From Pedosphaera sp. (GTDB taxonomy: Bacteria > Verrucomicrobiota > Verrucomicrobiia > Limisphaerales > SIBH01), in contig JANOQV010000105.1 of assembly GCA_031414955.1 (NCBI GenBank), positions 1 through 64,000 on the forward strand: DNA of 64,000 nucleotides. Direction: 5' to 3'. The notes under the pieces are model-generated. The model worked only from the letters and a program-made list of their open reading frames with translations, searched no databases and was not told the origin of the DNA. Every line of letters starts with the position of its first letter. The first letter of the stretch is position 1. Both the position numbers and the translations under genes were made by a program. Positions 49,809 to 58,246 of this stretch are shown piece by piece.

Positions 49809-50806
49809 ATCGCCTTTTTGCCTTCACCTGTCAGCTCAGGGTGGAGTATTGAGGCCTCCTTCATGCGTTTGATGGCAACCCGAACGTGATTTTCATCCAA
49901 CTCGATACCGATGAAGTCACGGTCCAATTGAACACAAGCGACACCAGACGTTCCCGCGCCCATGAACGGGTCCAGCACAATCGCCCCCTTGTTTGTAGAG
50001 GCTTTGAGGCACAACTCGATAAGCGCGATGGGTTTTTGAGTGGGGTGCTTTCCAAAAACCTTTTCGCGCTTCGGCGGAGCGGCAATTTTCCAGACTGATT
50101 TCATCTGCTTTCCCGCGTTCAGCCGCTTCATGTCCTGGTAGTTGAAAAGATGCTTACTCTTCTCGTTCTTTGCCGCCCAGAGAATCGTCTCGGTCGAGTG
50201 CGTGAAGTAACGGCAGGAGAGGTTCGGCGGCGGGTTGGGTTTTTCCCACGCGATGTCGTTCAGGATTTTCATCCCGAGCTGCTGCATGGCGTAGCCGACG
50301 GAGAAAATGACGTGCTGCGTGCCGGTGACCCAGATCGTGCCGTTGGGCTTGAGCACGCGCTGGCAGCGGCGCAGCCACTCGGTGTTGAACTCGTGGTTCA
50401 GCTCCGGCCCCTTCGACTTGTCCCAGTCGCCCTTGTCCACCTTGACCATCTTGCCGGCGTGGCAGGTGATGCCGCCGTTGGAGAGGAAGTAGGGCGGATC
50501 GGCGAAGATGCAGTCGAAGCAGCCGTCGGGAAATTTCTCGTGCATGGCGTCGAGCACTTCCAGTGAATTGCCCTGCACCAGCGCGGCCCCGCCGATCTCG
50601 GCGCGCAGATGCGTTCGCACCACCTCGAGAATTTGGGGCCAGCCGGGAAACTGGGCCGGGGTCTTGCCGCGTTTGAGCACGCGCGACGATACAGTCGCCG
50701 CGCGCGGCGGGTGCAAGAGAAATGAGCGCAGGCGCGCGACCCCAGGCTCATCGGGAGACATATTTTGCCTGGGTTTGAACTTCCTCAGAATTTTTCTTCT
50801 CGCCAC
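49805..50806 (-). CDS. Beta-class amino DNA methyltransferase (DpnA/M2.DpnII-like)
   Basis: DPPY motif IV before DPFMGAGT motif I; WEKPNPPPNLSCRYFTHSTE, GKQMK.VW, KHPTQKP; start uncertain. Confidence 0.92.
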   Translation of the reverse strand: MARRKILRKFKPRQNMSPDEPGVARLRSFLLHPPRAATVSSRVLKRGKTPAQFPGWPQILEVVRTHLRAEIGGAALVQGNSLEVLDAMHEKFPDGCFDCIFADPPYFLSNGGITCHAGKMVKVDKGDWDKSKGPELNHEFNTEWLRRCQRVLKPNGTIWVTGTQHVIFSVGYAMQQLGMKILNDIAWEKPNPPPNLSCRYFTHSTETILWAAKNEKSKHLFNYQDMKRLNAGKQMKSVWKIAAPPKREKVFGKHPTQKPIALIELCLKASTNKGAIVLDPFMGAGTSGVACVQLDRDFIGIELDENHVRVAIKRMKEASILHPELTGEGKKAI

Positions 50807-50872
50807 TCGTCGGTTTAATTCGGAGAAATTGACGCTCTCGCTCCCAAGGGGAGCCGGTGTGAGCAGTCTTCA

Positions 50873-52531
50873 ATGAAGAAAGTTTGGCCAATTCTATGTC
50901 TGGTGTGCGGCGCGCTGCTGTTGGGCGGCGCACTGCTCGTGCCGGTGCATTGGCGCGCGGTGGATGCCTCGGCGGTCGAACGCGCAGGCCGGGGAGGCGC
51001 CGGCGCGGCCACCCCCACTTTGATTGAGGAAGGTCTGACTTTCCTGAGCGTGGAAAAACTCGGCCCGGCTCGGATGCTCTTGCGCACCGCTCAATCGGAG
51101 GGTGTGCCGCGCGCCGAGGTGCTGGCGGCGGCGGTCGCCCAGTTTGCCAAGGACAATCCCGCTCAGGTGGCACTGGGCGGCGAGGAACCGGTTTTGAGCA
51201 AGGTGGATCTGGCTCTGGGCGCGCTGACCGAGCCGCGTCCGATCGTGGAGTTGCTGGCCCGCCGCACGGCGCGCGAGAAGGCGCTGCAATCCTTGCAGCA
51301 ATCGCGCCGGCCCGCCGTGTTGCAGATTCTCAAGAACCGTAATCTCACCCGGACGGTTCACTTTCCTGCGGCGACGTCCTCCTCCGGTCAGGCCCTGGAA
51401 GCAGCCATCATTACCGCCGGCCTCTTGTTTCAAGGCGACTATTTCACGGCATCGTTCCGCGAGGCGCTGGAGTGGCTGGCGGTGAGCGCGAATCGCGGCG
51501 AGAACTCCGGCGCACTCGAACTGGTCTATCTCGATCTGCTCTCCGTGGGCAAACGCCTCGACTGGGTGTCCATGACGGAACTGGTCAAACATGTGGACAG
51601 CATCGCCACCTTGCGCGACCTCGCCGAAGCGGTGCGCTCCCACGAGGACGCCATGCCGAACATCTTCGCGGCCGTCGCCCTGTCGGGCAACGGCCGGGGC
51701 GTGGCCAAGTATCTCGACACCTTTTCCGAGACCGGGATGAATGACGTCAACTTCGCCCTGCGCCACGGGCGCGGCGCGGTGGATTTGCTCATCAAGCAGC
51801 AGCAGCGCATTTATTCCGCCGGCCAGTTTCGCAGCCAGGTCGTCAAGTATGATCCGTTTGGTGCGTTCTTCCACGGCCTGATGCCAGCCGCCATTGGCTC
51901 CCATGTCGGCGCCTTGTTTCTAAAGTATGCCCTGCTGCTCTTTGCCGCTTTGTTCATCGCCCGCACCATCGGGTTCATCGTTCCGCCGGTCGGCCATCGC
52001 TTCGGCGTGCGGTTCGGTGCCGACCTGGTGCTGGCCGCAGCCATCGCCTTCATCGTCGCGCTCTCGGTCGAGCCGTTCGTCGGGCTGCCCGCCCAAATCA
52101 CGGAACTTCCTTTTCGCATCCAATTCCCCGGCTTCGGGGACGCCGCCGCCACCAATCCGCAAACCATCCATCAACCATTTATGAAACAACTCAGCCTTGT
52201 CTCACTGTCGGTGTTCTTCGTCATCCAGGCGCTGATCTACGTCTGGTGTCTCGCCAAGATCGCGCAGATCCGCCGCGAGCCAAACAGCGCCCGCGTGAAG
52301 CTGCGCCTCCTGGAGAACGAAGACCACCTCTTCGACGCCGGCCTCTACATCGGCTTCGCCGGCACGGTCATCTCGCTCATCCTCGTGGCGCTGAACATTC
52401 TCGGCAAAGGCAGCACGATGATGGCGTATTCCTCGACCTCGTTCGGCATCATCTTCGTCTCGGTGCTGAAGATTTTTCATCTCCGCCCGCTGCGCCGGAA
52501 GCTGATCCTCGAAAGTGAAGAGCAGCCATGA
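50873..52531 (+). CDS. Membrane protein with large periplasmic domain and C-terminal MotA/TolQ/ExbB-like channel
   Basis: About 6 TM; last three TM include LYIGFAGTVISL and AYSSTSFGII, matching the G..GTV and A..T..G motifs of the proton-channel family. Confidence 0.7.
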   Translation: MKKVWPILCLVCGALLLGGALLVPVHWRAVDASAVERAGRGGAGAATPTLIEEGLTFLSVEKLGPARMLLRTAQSEGVPRAEVLAAAVAQFAKDNPAQVALGGEEPVLSKVDLALGALTEPRPIVELLARRTAREKALQSLQQSRRPAVLQILKNRNLTRTVHFPAATSSSGQALEAAIITAGLLFQGDYFTASFREALEWLAVSANRGENSGALELVYLDLLSVGKRLDWVSMTELVKHVDSIATLRDLAEAVRSHEDAMPNIFAAVALSGNGRGVAKYLDTFSETGMNDVNFALRHGRGAVDLLIKQQQRIYSAGQFRSQVVKYDPFGAFFHGLMPAAIGSHVGALFLKYALLLFAALFIARTIGFIVPPVGHRFGVRFGADLVLAAAIAFIVALSVEPFVGLPAQITELPFRIQFPGFGDAAATNPQTIHQPFMKQLSLVSLSVFFVIQALIYVWCLAKIAQIRREPNSARVKLRLLENEDHLFDAGLYIGFAGTVISLILVALNILGKGSTMMAYSSTSFGIIFVSVLKIFHLRPLRRKLILESEEQP

Positions 52532-53955
52532 ACCGCTCGATCCTCATCGTCATCTGCGACTTCCTGCTCGTCACGCTGGTGGCGTTCTCGAACTTCGACA
52601 CCGACAAGCTGGAGCAGCCCGAGACCCGCATCGCCCAGGCGCCCAAGGGCATCGGCGGCAACCAGGACATGATGGGCACGCTCCAACTCGCCCTCGAGGA
52701 CGAGAAGCAGACGCGCGAGAAGTTGACCTCTGATTTGCGCGCGCAGGAGCAGGCGGCCACCGAGCGCGAGCAGAAGATCAAGGAGTTCCAGGAAAGCCTC
52801 CGGCGCACCGAGGAGCAGGCCAAGCAAATCGAAACGCAACGGTCCGCGCTCGCCCAGCAGGCGGCCGCCGCCCAGTCGAGTTTGCAGGATGTGCAGGGCA
52901 AGCTCTCCACGGTCAGCGCGCAGAATCTTGTCTCCCAGGAAAAGCTCGCTTCACTCCAGGCGGATCTGAAGAAACGTGAAGAGGAAGCCAAGGTGCTCCA
53001 GGCGAAACTCTCCGAGACCGAGCGCGCCGCGCAGGCCACGCTGGCGGAGAAGCAGCAGATCTCGGCGCAGCTTCAAGTGTCCGAAGCCGAAAAGCGCCTG
53101 ACCCGCGAGCAAGTCGCCGAACTGCGCGGCACCGTCGCCACCGAGCGCCAGGAAAAGGCGAAGCTTCAGGAGCATGCCTCGTCCCTGGCCACGAATCTCT
53201 CCACCCTGGCCCAGCAATCGGGTGAACTGACCAAGGAGATTCGCGACACCCGGCCGCTCTCGCCGAATGCCATCTTCAACGGCTTCCTCAGCAACCGTAT
53301 CACGGCCAGGTTCGATGCGGCCCGCAGCGGCCTCTTCGGTCGCGACGTGGCCAAGGAGAAGAGCAGCCAATGCCTGCTGTTCACCGAGGGCACGCAGACC
53401 TTCGCCCTGTTCCATGTGGACAGCACGCCGCTGACGATTTGGAATCCAGGCACGGACTGGAGCAGCCTCACCACAGTCCTGCAGCACGGAAAAGTCGCAT
53501 TTTCTGGCGTGAGATTGTCGTTCCTCGCCCAAGATCCACGCGTGGTAGTGGTGCCCATCGGCACCGCGCAGGCCAAACAATATGGCGTGAAGATTTACAA
53601 TGCCGGCATCGATCCGTTCAAATTCCAGGAGGCCGTCATCGTGGGAGCCAACGAAGGCTATTACGGCGAGTGCAAGTTCCAAATCGACACCAGCACGCCC
53701 AACTACGTGAAGGTCGATCGCAGCCTGCTCAAGGGCTTGTTCGGACAGTTCAACCCCTCGCGCGGCGACTTCGTCCTGACCAAGACCGGCGACCTCATCG
53801 GCGTCATGGTCAACGGGGAGTATTGCGCCCTGCTGAACAAGGTCATGCCCACGCGCACTATCACCCTCGGCAACGATGTCTCCACCCAGCAGACCGGCCA
53901 GATGCTTTCGCAGCTCTACGATCGCATCTTCCAGATGCCGCTGAAGCTGCAGTAA
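52528..53955 (+). CDS. Single-pass protein with MotB/ExbD-like Asp-containing TM, long coiled coil, degenerate trypsin-like C-terminal domain
   Basis: MNRSILIVICDFLLVTLVAF; about 200 aa heptad-rich region; PSRGDFVLTKTGDLIGVM; ATGA overlap with upstream gene. Confidence 0.7.
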   Translation: MNRSILIVICDFLLVTLVAFSNFDTDKLEQPETRIAQAPKGIGGNQDMMGTLQLALEDEKQTREKLTSDLRAQEQAATEREQKIKEFQESLRRTEEQAKQIETQRSALAQQAAAAQSSLQDVQGKLSTVSAQNLVSQEKLASLQADLKKREEEAKVLQAKLSETERAAQATLAEKQQISAQLQVSEAEKRLTREQVAELRGTVATERQEKAKLQEHASSLATNLSTLAQQSGELTKEIRDTRPLSPNAIFNGFLSNRITARFDAARSGLFGRDVAKEKSSQCLLFTEGTQTFALFHVDSTPLTIWNPGTDWSSLTTVLQHGKVAFSGVRLSFLAQDPRVVVVPIGTAQAKQYGVKIYNAGIDPFKFQEAVIVGANEGYYGECKFQIDTSTPNYVKVDRSLLKGLFGQFNPSRGDFVLTKTGDLIGVMVNGEYCALLNKVMPTRTITLGNDVSTQQTGQMLSQLYDRIFQMPLKLQ

Positions 53956-53961
53956 CGGCCG

Positions 53962-54615
53962 GTGAAAACCAACGCCTCGGGAATCCTGCTGCTGGGTTTG
54001 GGGTTTCTTATCGTCGGCTGCGCTTCGTTCGCGAAGCGCCTGGAAGCGGTCACGGTTTCAAAAATCCAGCCTGGGTCCACGACGCGCCCAGAAGTGGAGC
54101 AACGTCTCGGTGTACCCAGCGAAACCGTCCGGGGAACCAATGGCACCAGGGTGGTGAGATATTTCTTTCATGAGTTTGAACGCTCAATGGATGTGAGCCA
54201 CCACCGTCGGCGCTTCGAGCCGGGCCTCGTCCTTTTCCGCACGCTCACGCTGAGTTACAGCCCCGAGGAGGTTGTCACGCGCCGGCTATACGATGAAAGC
54301 CTCACGCCAATTTACCGGACCAACGCCTGGTTCTCAGCTGGGCCGGTGCTGACGTCCGCATCGACTGCCTTTTGCCAGCGCGGCGTCACGACGCACTCTG
54401 AGGCCGTGGACCGGCTCGGCAGGCCCAGTTCGCACACTTTTGATCAGACTGAAGGTTCAGTGCTCGTCTGGTTCAGCCTCAAGACCCGCCAATCGAACTG
54501 GAGCGATCCAGACATCGGGAAACTAATCATGAGGTTCGACGAGCGTGGAGTGCTTGGAGACTTCACCCTGGTCGAACACGTCCGGATCAACCTTGATCCA
54601 TTGGCTCTCCCCTGA
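53962..54615 (+). CDS. Lipoprotein with two BamE/SmpA-like repeats
   Basis: Lipobox IVGC; IQPG.TT..EV...LG.PS and G.TT..E....LG.PS repeats; L...FD..GVL. Confidence 0.7.
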   Translation: MKTNASGILLLGLGFLIVGCASFAKRLEAVTVSKIQPGSTTRPEVEQRLGVPSETVRGTNGTRVVRYFFHEFERSMDVSHHRRRFEPGLVLFRTLTLSYSPEEVVTRRLYDESLTPIYRTNAWFSAGPVLTSASTAFCQRGVTTHSEAVDRLGRPSSHTFDQTEGSVLVWFSLKTRQSNWSDPDIGKLIMRFDERGVLGDFTLVEHVRINLDPLALP

Positions 54616-54729
54616 ATAGAGAGCGGCCCCGGCGACAATCGGCCGATCACGGCTGAAGCGCGCCCGTTTTCCGTACCCCATTAGGAATTGAAGATTGCCC
54701 GTGACCAGCCTCTCCGGTAAGTCACACCC

Positions 54730-55116
54730 ATGCGTTTCCTGCGCCAGTATCGATTCATTGTCGCGTTCTTTCTGCTGCTGATCTTTTGCACCGTGATGTG
54801 GGTCCGGCAGATGAATATTCGCCAGTCCAAGCATGTCGAAATGCGCGAGGCTTTCATCCTGCTCTTCATGCGCAACTACACCCTGGAGGCGCGGCATCTC
54901 TTCGACAAGCTGGTCATCGAGGTGCCTAAGTACACCGGGAAGCTTTCCGACAAGGAAGTGCTGGATGACTTCCAGCGCACCCTGCTGCTGGTGGATCCTT
55001 ACTCCAACCAGACCAACAACCTGATTTGGAAGTACCATTGGATGCTGAGTGAGGAACTGGACAAACGCTCCGTGGATCTGCTGGAGCGTGCCCACCAACT
55101 GGCCGAAAAGGAATAA
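54730..55116 (+). CDS. Hypothetical single-TM protein
   Basis: N-terminal TM, host-like codon usage. Confidence 0.7.
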   Translation: MRFLRQYRFIVAFFLLLIFCTVMWVRQMNIRQSKHVEMREAFILLFMRNYTLEARHLFDKLVIEVPKYTGKLSDKEVLDDFQRTLLLVDPYSNQTNNLIWKYHWMLSEELDKRSVDLLERAHQLAEKE

Positions 55117-55137
55117 TGGCAAAGGCCGAGCGCGCCG

Positions 55138-55166
55138 TTGACAGCCAGGTGGACGCGGCATACTTT
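55138..55166 (+). promoter_or_regulatory. Putative sigma70 promoter
   Basis: TTGACA-N17-TACTTT upstream of 55199 gene. Confidence 0.55.
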
Positions 55167-55198
55167 TCGCCGTCACTTAAACCCTTTGGATTGAAGTC

Positions 55199-55954
55199 AT
55201 GTTGCTGCGAATCAGTTTAATTTTGGCGATCCTGGCCGGTCTCGGCACGATCGCGGTCATCCACACCAAGACCCGCGAGCACATCAACGGCATCCGGACC
55301 GTGCGGGACGAAAACATTCAAGGCCGCGCGAAGGAAAAGGGCCGCGCGGAAAAAGCCGAGAAGGAACTGGCCTCCACCAAGGACACTCTCACTCAGACCA
55401 AAGACACCCTGGCCAAGACCGAGGAGGAATTGAACGGAGCCAAGCAGCGTCTCGTCGTCGCGGAGGAAAGCATCGGCAAACTGAAGGGTGAGTTGGCCGG
55501 TGCCGTAGAGAGCCGGAAGAAGGCCGAGGCTGACTTGGCCAAGTGGAGCTCGCTGGGGCTTACCCCCGAGCAGGTGGTGGAACTAGGCAAAAAGGAAAAA
55601 GCGCAAAAGGATGCCATCGCCGCGTTGGAGGACGAGAAGTTGATTTTGGCGCGCAATGCCAAGGAACTCCAAAACAGGCTCGACATTCTCCTGGGGGGCG
55701 ATGAATTCGTCGTCAAACTCCCGGCCAACACCAAAGGCAACATTATGGCGGTTGATCCCAAGTGGAATTTCGTCGTGGTCGATCTCGGCAAGAACAAGGA
55801 AATGCTCGAAGGCGGCGTCCTCATGGTGCATCGCAACAGCCAACTCGTCGGCAAGGTCCGCATCCGCGAAGTGCAGGCCGACCGCTGCGTGGCCACGGTG
55901 ATGCCCGGCTGGCAATTGGGCGAAATCGAAGAAGGCGATCAGGTCATTTACTGA
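55199..55954 (+). CDS. Membrane-anchored coiled-coil protein with C-terminal beta-barrel domain
   Basis: N-terminal TM, coiled coil, G.IMAVDPKWNFVVVDLG...VGKVRI..V.....VA...GD.V. Confidence 0.8.
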   Translation: MLLRISLILAILAGLGTIAVIHTKTREHINGIRTVRDENIQGRAKEKGRAEKAEKELASTKDTLTQTKDTLAKTEEELNGAKQRLVVAEESIGKLKGELAGAVESRKKAEADLAKWSSLGLTPEQVVELGKKEKAQKDAIAALEDEKLILARNAKELQNRLDILLGGDEFVVKLPANTKGNIMAVDPKWNFVVVDLGKNKEMLEGGVLMVHRNSQLVGKVRIREVQADRCVATVMPGWQLGEIEEGDQVIY

Positions 55955-55955
55955 A

Positions 55956-56114
55956 ATGAACTTGTTCCGATTAATTTTTCTCTGTGCCGCCGTCGTTGCC
56001 GCCTGCACGGGATGCAAGACCTCTCCGGAGCCGGAGAACGCTTCCGAGCGTCCCTGGAACGGCCAGCGCGGCTGGGAGCACGGACTGCCAGCGGGCATCA
56101 ATCAGGGACGGTAA
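55956..56114 (+). CDS. Small lipoprotein, 52 aa; absent from ORF track
   Basis: Translated by hand: MNLFRLIFLCAAVVAACTGCKTSPEPENASERPWNGQRGWEHGLPAGINQGR; lipobox TGC; starts 1 nt after upstream stop. Confidence 0.75.
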   Translation: MNLFRLIFLCAAVVAACTGCKTSPEPENASERPWNGQRGWEHGLPAGINQGR

Positions 56115-56204
56115 ACCTCGGCAGTTTTTCCCGTTCTCCTTCGATTCATTTCGGCGGCATGACTTCAATTGACAGCCCGCGCACCCTTTCCGCACTCTAG
56201 TTCC

Positions 56205-57113
56205 ATGTCGAAACCCGCTCTTGGCCGTGGACTCGGCGCGCTGCTCGGGAATACGCCCGTGGCACCCGCCATGCCGGCCAATCCCCCCCCTGCCCCGGTC
56301 GATGACCGAGATCGTGTCTTGCGCGTCAAGCTCGACCGCATCAAGCCCAGCCCGCTCCAACCCCGCAAAGATTTCACTCCGGAGGCGTTGCAGGAACTGG
56401 CCGCCTCGATCAAGGAGCAAGGCATTGTGCAACCACTCATCGTGCGCGATCAAAAGACGCACTACGAACTCATCGCCGGCGAACGCCGCTGGCGCGCGGC
56501 GCAGTTGCTCATGCTGGCCGACGTGCCGGTCATCGTGCGCCAGGCCGACGATCGTTCGGTCCTCGAACTGGCGTTGATTGAAAATCTGCAGCGCGAGAAT
56601 CTGAACCCGATGGAGGAGGCGCTCGGTTACTCGCAACTCATCGGGCAATTCCAACTGCGCCAGGAAGATGTCGCGACCAAAGTGGGCAAGAGCCGCGTGG
56701 CCGTGGCCAACGCCCTGCGCCTGCTCAAGCTTGCCCCCGAGGTTCAGATTTACGTGCGCGATGGCCGCCTCTCCGTCGGACACGCCAAAGTGATCTTGTC
56801 CCTGGCGCTGGGCGAGCAGCAGAAGCTCGCCGCCGAGCGCGTGCTCAAGAACGGTCTGACCGTGCGCCAGGTTGAGGAACTGGTCTCGCACTTGCAGAAC
56901 CAGCCCGCAGCGACGTCCGGCACCCCGATGCCGGCCGGACTTCCAGCCATTCGTGACCTGCACGTCGTCGCGGTGGAGAACAAGATTCGCGAGCGCTTCG
57001 GCACCAAGGTCCAGTTGCGCTACCGCCAGGGTAAAGGCTCCATCGAAGTGAAGTTCTACAGCGAAGCCGACCTGGATCGAATCCTCAACGTCATTGGAGT
57101 TAAACCCGACTGA
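56205..57113 (+). CDS. parB: ParB/Spo0J chromosome partitioning protein
   Basis: ALGRGLGALL, QPR..F, YELIAGERRWRA, ALIENLQRE.LNP.EEA, GKSR..VAN.LRLL. Confidence 0.96.
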   Translation: MSKPALGRGLGALLGNTPVAPAMPANPPPAPVDDRDRVLRVKLDRIKPSPLQPRKDFTPEALQELAASIKEQGIVQPLIVRDQKTHYELIAGERRWRAAQLLMLADVPVIVRQADDRSVLELALIENLQRENLNPMEEALGYSQLIGQFQLRQEDVATKVGKSRVAVANALRLLKLAPEVQIYVRDGRLSVGHAKVILSLALGEQQKLAAERVLKNGLTVRQVEELVSHLQNQPAATSGTPMPAGLPAIRDLHVVAVENKIRERFGTKVQLRYRQGKGSIEVKFYSEADLDRILNVIGVKPD

Positions 57114-58246
57114 TGCTTGCCTTGCCCCAGGAACTGCGCGAGCAGTGCGCCAAACAACTGCTCGCCTCGGCAGAAAAAGCCAGCCAACTCACGGCCTTCG
57201 TCGGACTGGATGGCTTCGTCGATGAGATCCTCCATCTCGTCGATGTGCGCCACAACGCGGCCGAGTTCGAGCGCCTCCCGACCATCGCGCGATTGGCGGA
57301 ACGGCTGGCCGGCGCCGCCGGCCAGAGCACCAACCTCGAGGCCGTGACCCAGCGCGTGAAGCTCGGTGGCAACGGACCCATCATGGCCAATGCGCTTTGC
57401 CGCTTCGGCGTGAAAGTCACTTATGTCGGCGCGCTCGGTTATCCGAGCCTGCATCCGGTGTTCGCTGACTTCGCCGCCAGCGCCGAGGTGCATTCCATCG
57501 CCCCGCCGGGACTGACTGACGCCTATGAGTTCCAGGACGGCAAGGTGATGATCGGCAAGACCGTGCAACTGGGCGAAATCACCTGGGAGAACATCCAGTT
57601 GCGCGTCGGCCGCAAATGGTTCGCCGATAAATTCTTCAGCTCGGACCTCGTGGCCTTCGTGAACTGGACCATGATCCCGTTCATGAGCGACATCTGGGAA
57701 GCCGTGCAAAAGGAACTCTGCCCGGCCAGTAAAGTCCGGCGGCGGAAAATCTTCTTCGACCTGGCCGATCCCGAGAAGCGGACCCAGGAGGACATCGGGC
57801 GCGCGCTGAAATTGATCGAAGGATTCCGCGCCTACTTCGACGTGATCCTCGGGCTGAACGAAAAGGAGGCGAGGGAACTGGGCGCGGTGCTCGGTCTCGG
57901 CGAGGACACGAGTTCGCGCGCCGCTCTCTCCAGCCTGGCTCGCAAAATCCGGCAGACGACCGGCGTGGACACGCTGGTCGTGCATCCGGTGACTTACGCC
58001 GTGGCGGTCACGGGCGATGATTGTGAAATCGTGGACGGCCCGTTCATCGCCCAACCGCTGATCACCACCGGGGCCGGCGATCATTTCAACGCCGGCTTCT
58101 GCCTCGGCAAATCCCTCGGCCTGGACGACGAAATGTCCTTGCTGGCCGGCGTGACCACGAGCGGCTTCTACGTCCGCAACGCGCAAAGCCCGCGCCTCAC
58201 CGATCTCGCCGACATGATGCGGCACTGGCCCAGCAAAGAATCGTGA
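57113..58246 (+). CDS. PfkB family carbohydrate kinase
   Basis: KLGGNGPIMANAL, FFDLADP, LNE.E, TTGAGDHFNAG. Confidence 0.85.
   Translation: MLALPQELREQCAKQLLASAEKASQLTAFVGLDGFVDEILHLVDVRHNAAEFERLPTIARLAERLAGAAGQSTNLEAVTQRVKLGGNGPIMANALCRFGVKVTYVGALGYPSLHPVFADFAASAEVHSIAPPGLTDAYEFQDGKVMIGKTVQLGEITWENIQLRVGRKWFADKFFSSDLVAFVNWTMIPFMSDIWEAVQKELCPASKVRRRKIFFDLADPEKRTQEDIGRALKLIEGFRAYFDVILGLNEKEARELGAVLGLGEDTSSRAALSSLARKIRQTTGVDTLVVHPVTYAVAVTGDDCEIVDGPFIAQPLITTGAGDHFNAGFCLGKSLGLDDEMSLLAGVTTSGFYVRNAQSPRLTDLADMMRHWPSKES

Noticed and set aside
50873..53955. Canonical Zorya, flagellar stator or Tol/Ton system
   Set aside because: No OmpA-like domain on the B subunit, no long cytoplasmic ZorA tail, and no zorC/D/E, flagellar, tonB or tolA/B genes nearby; proximity to the MTase operon may be coincidental
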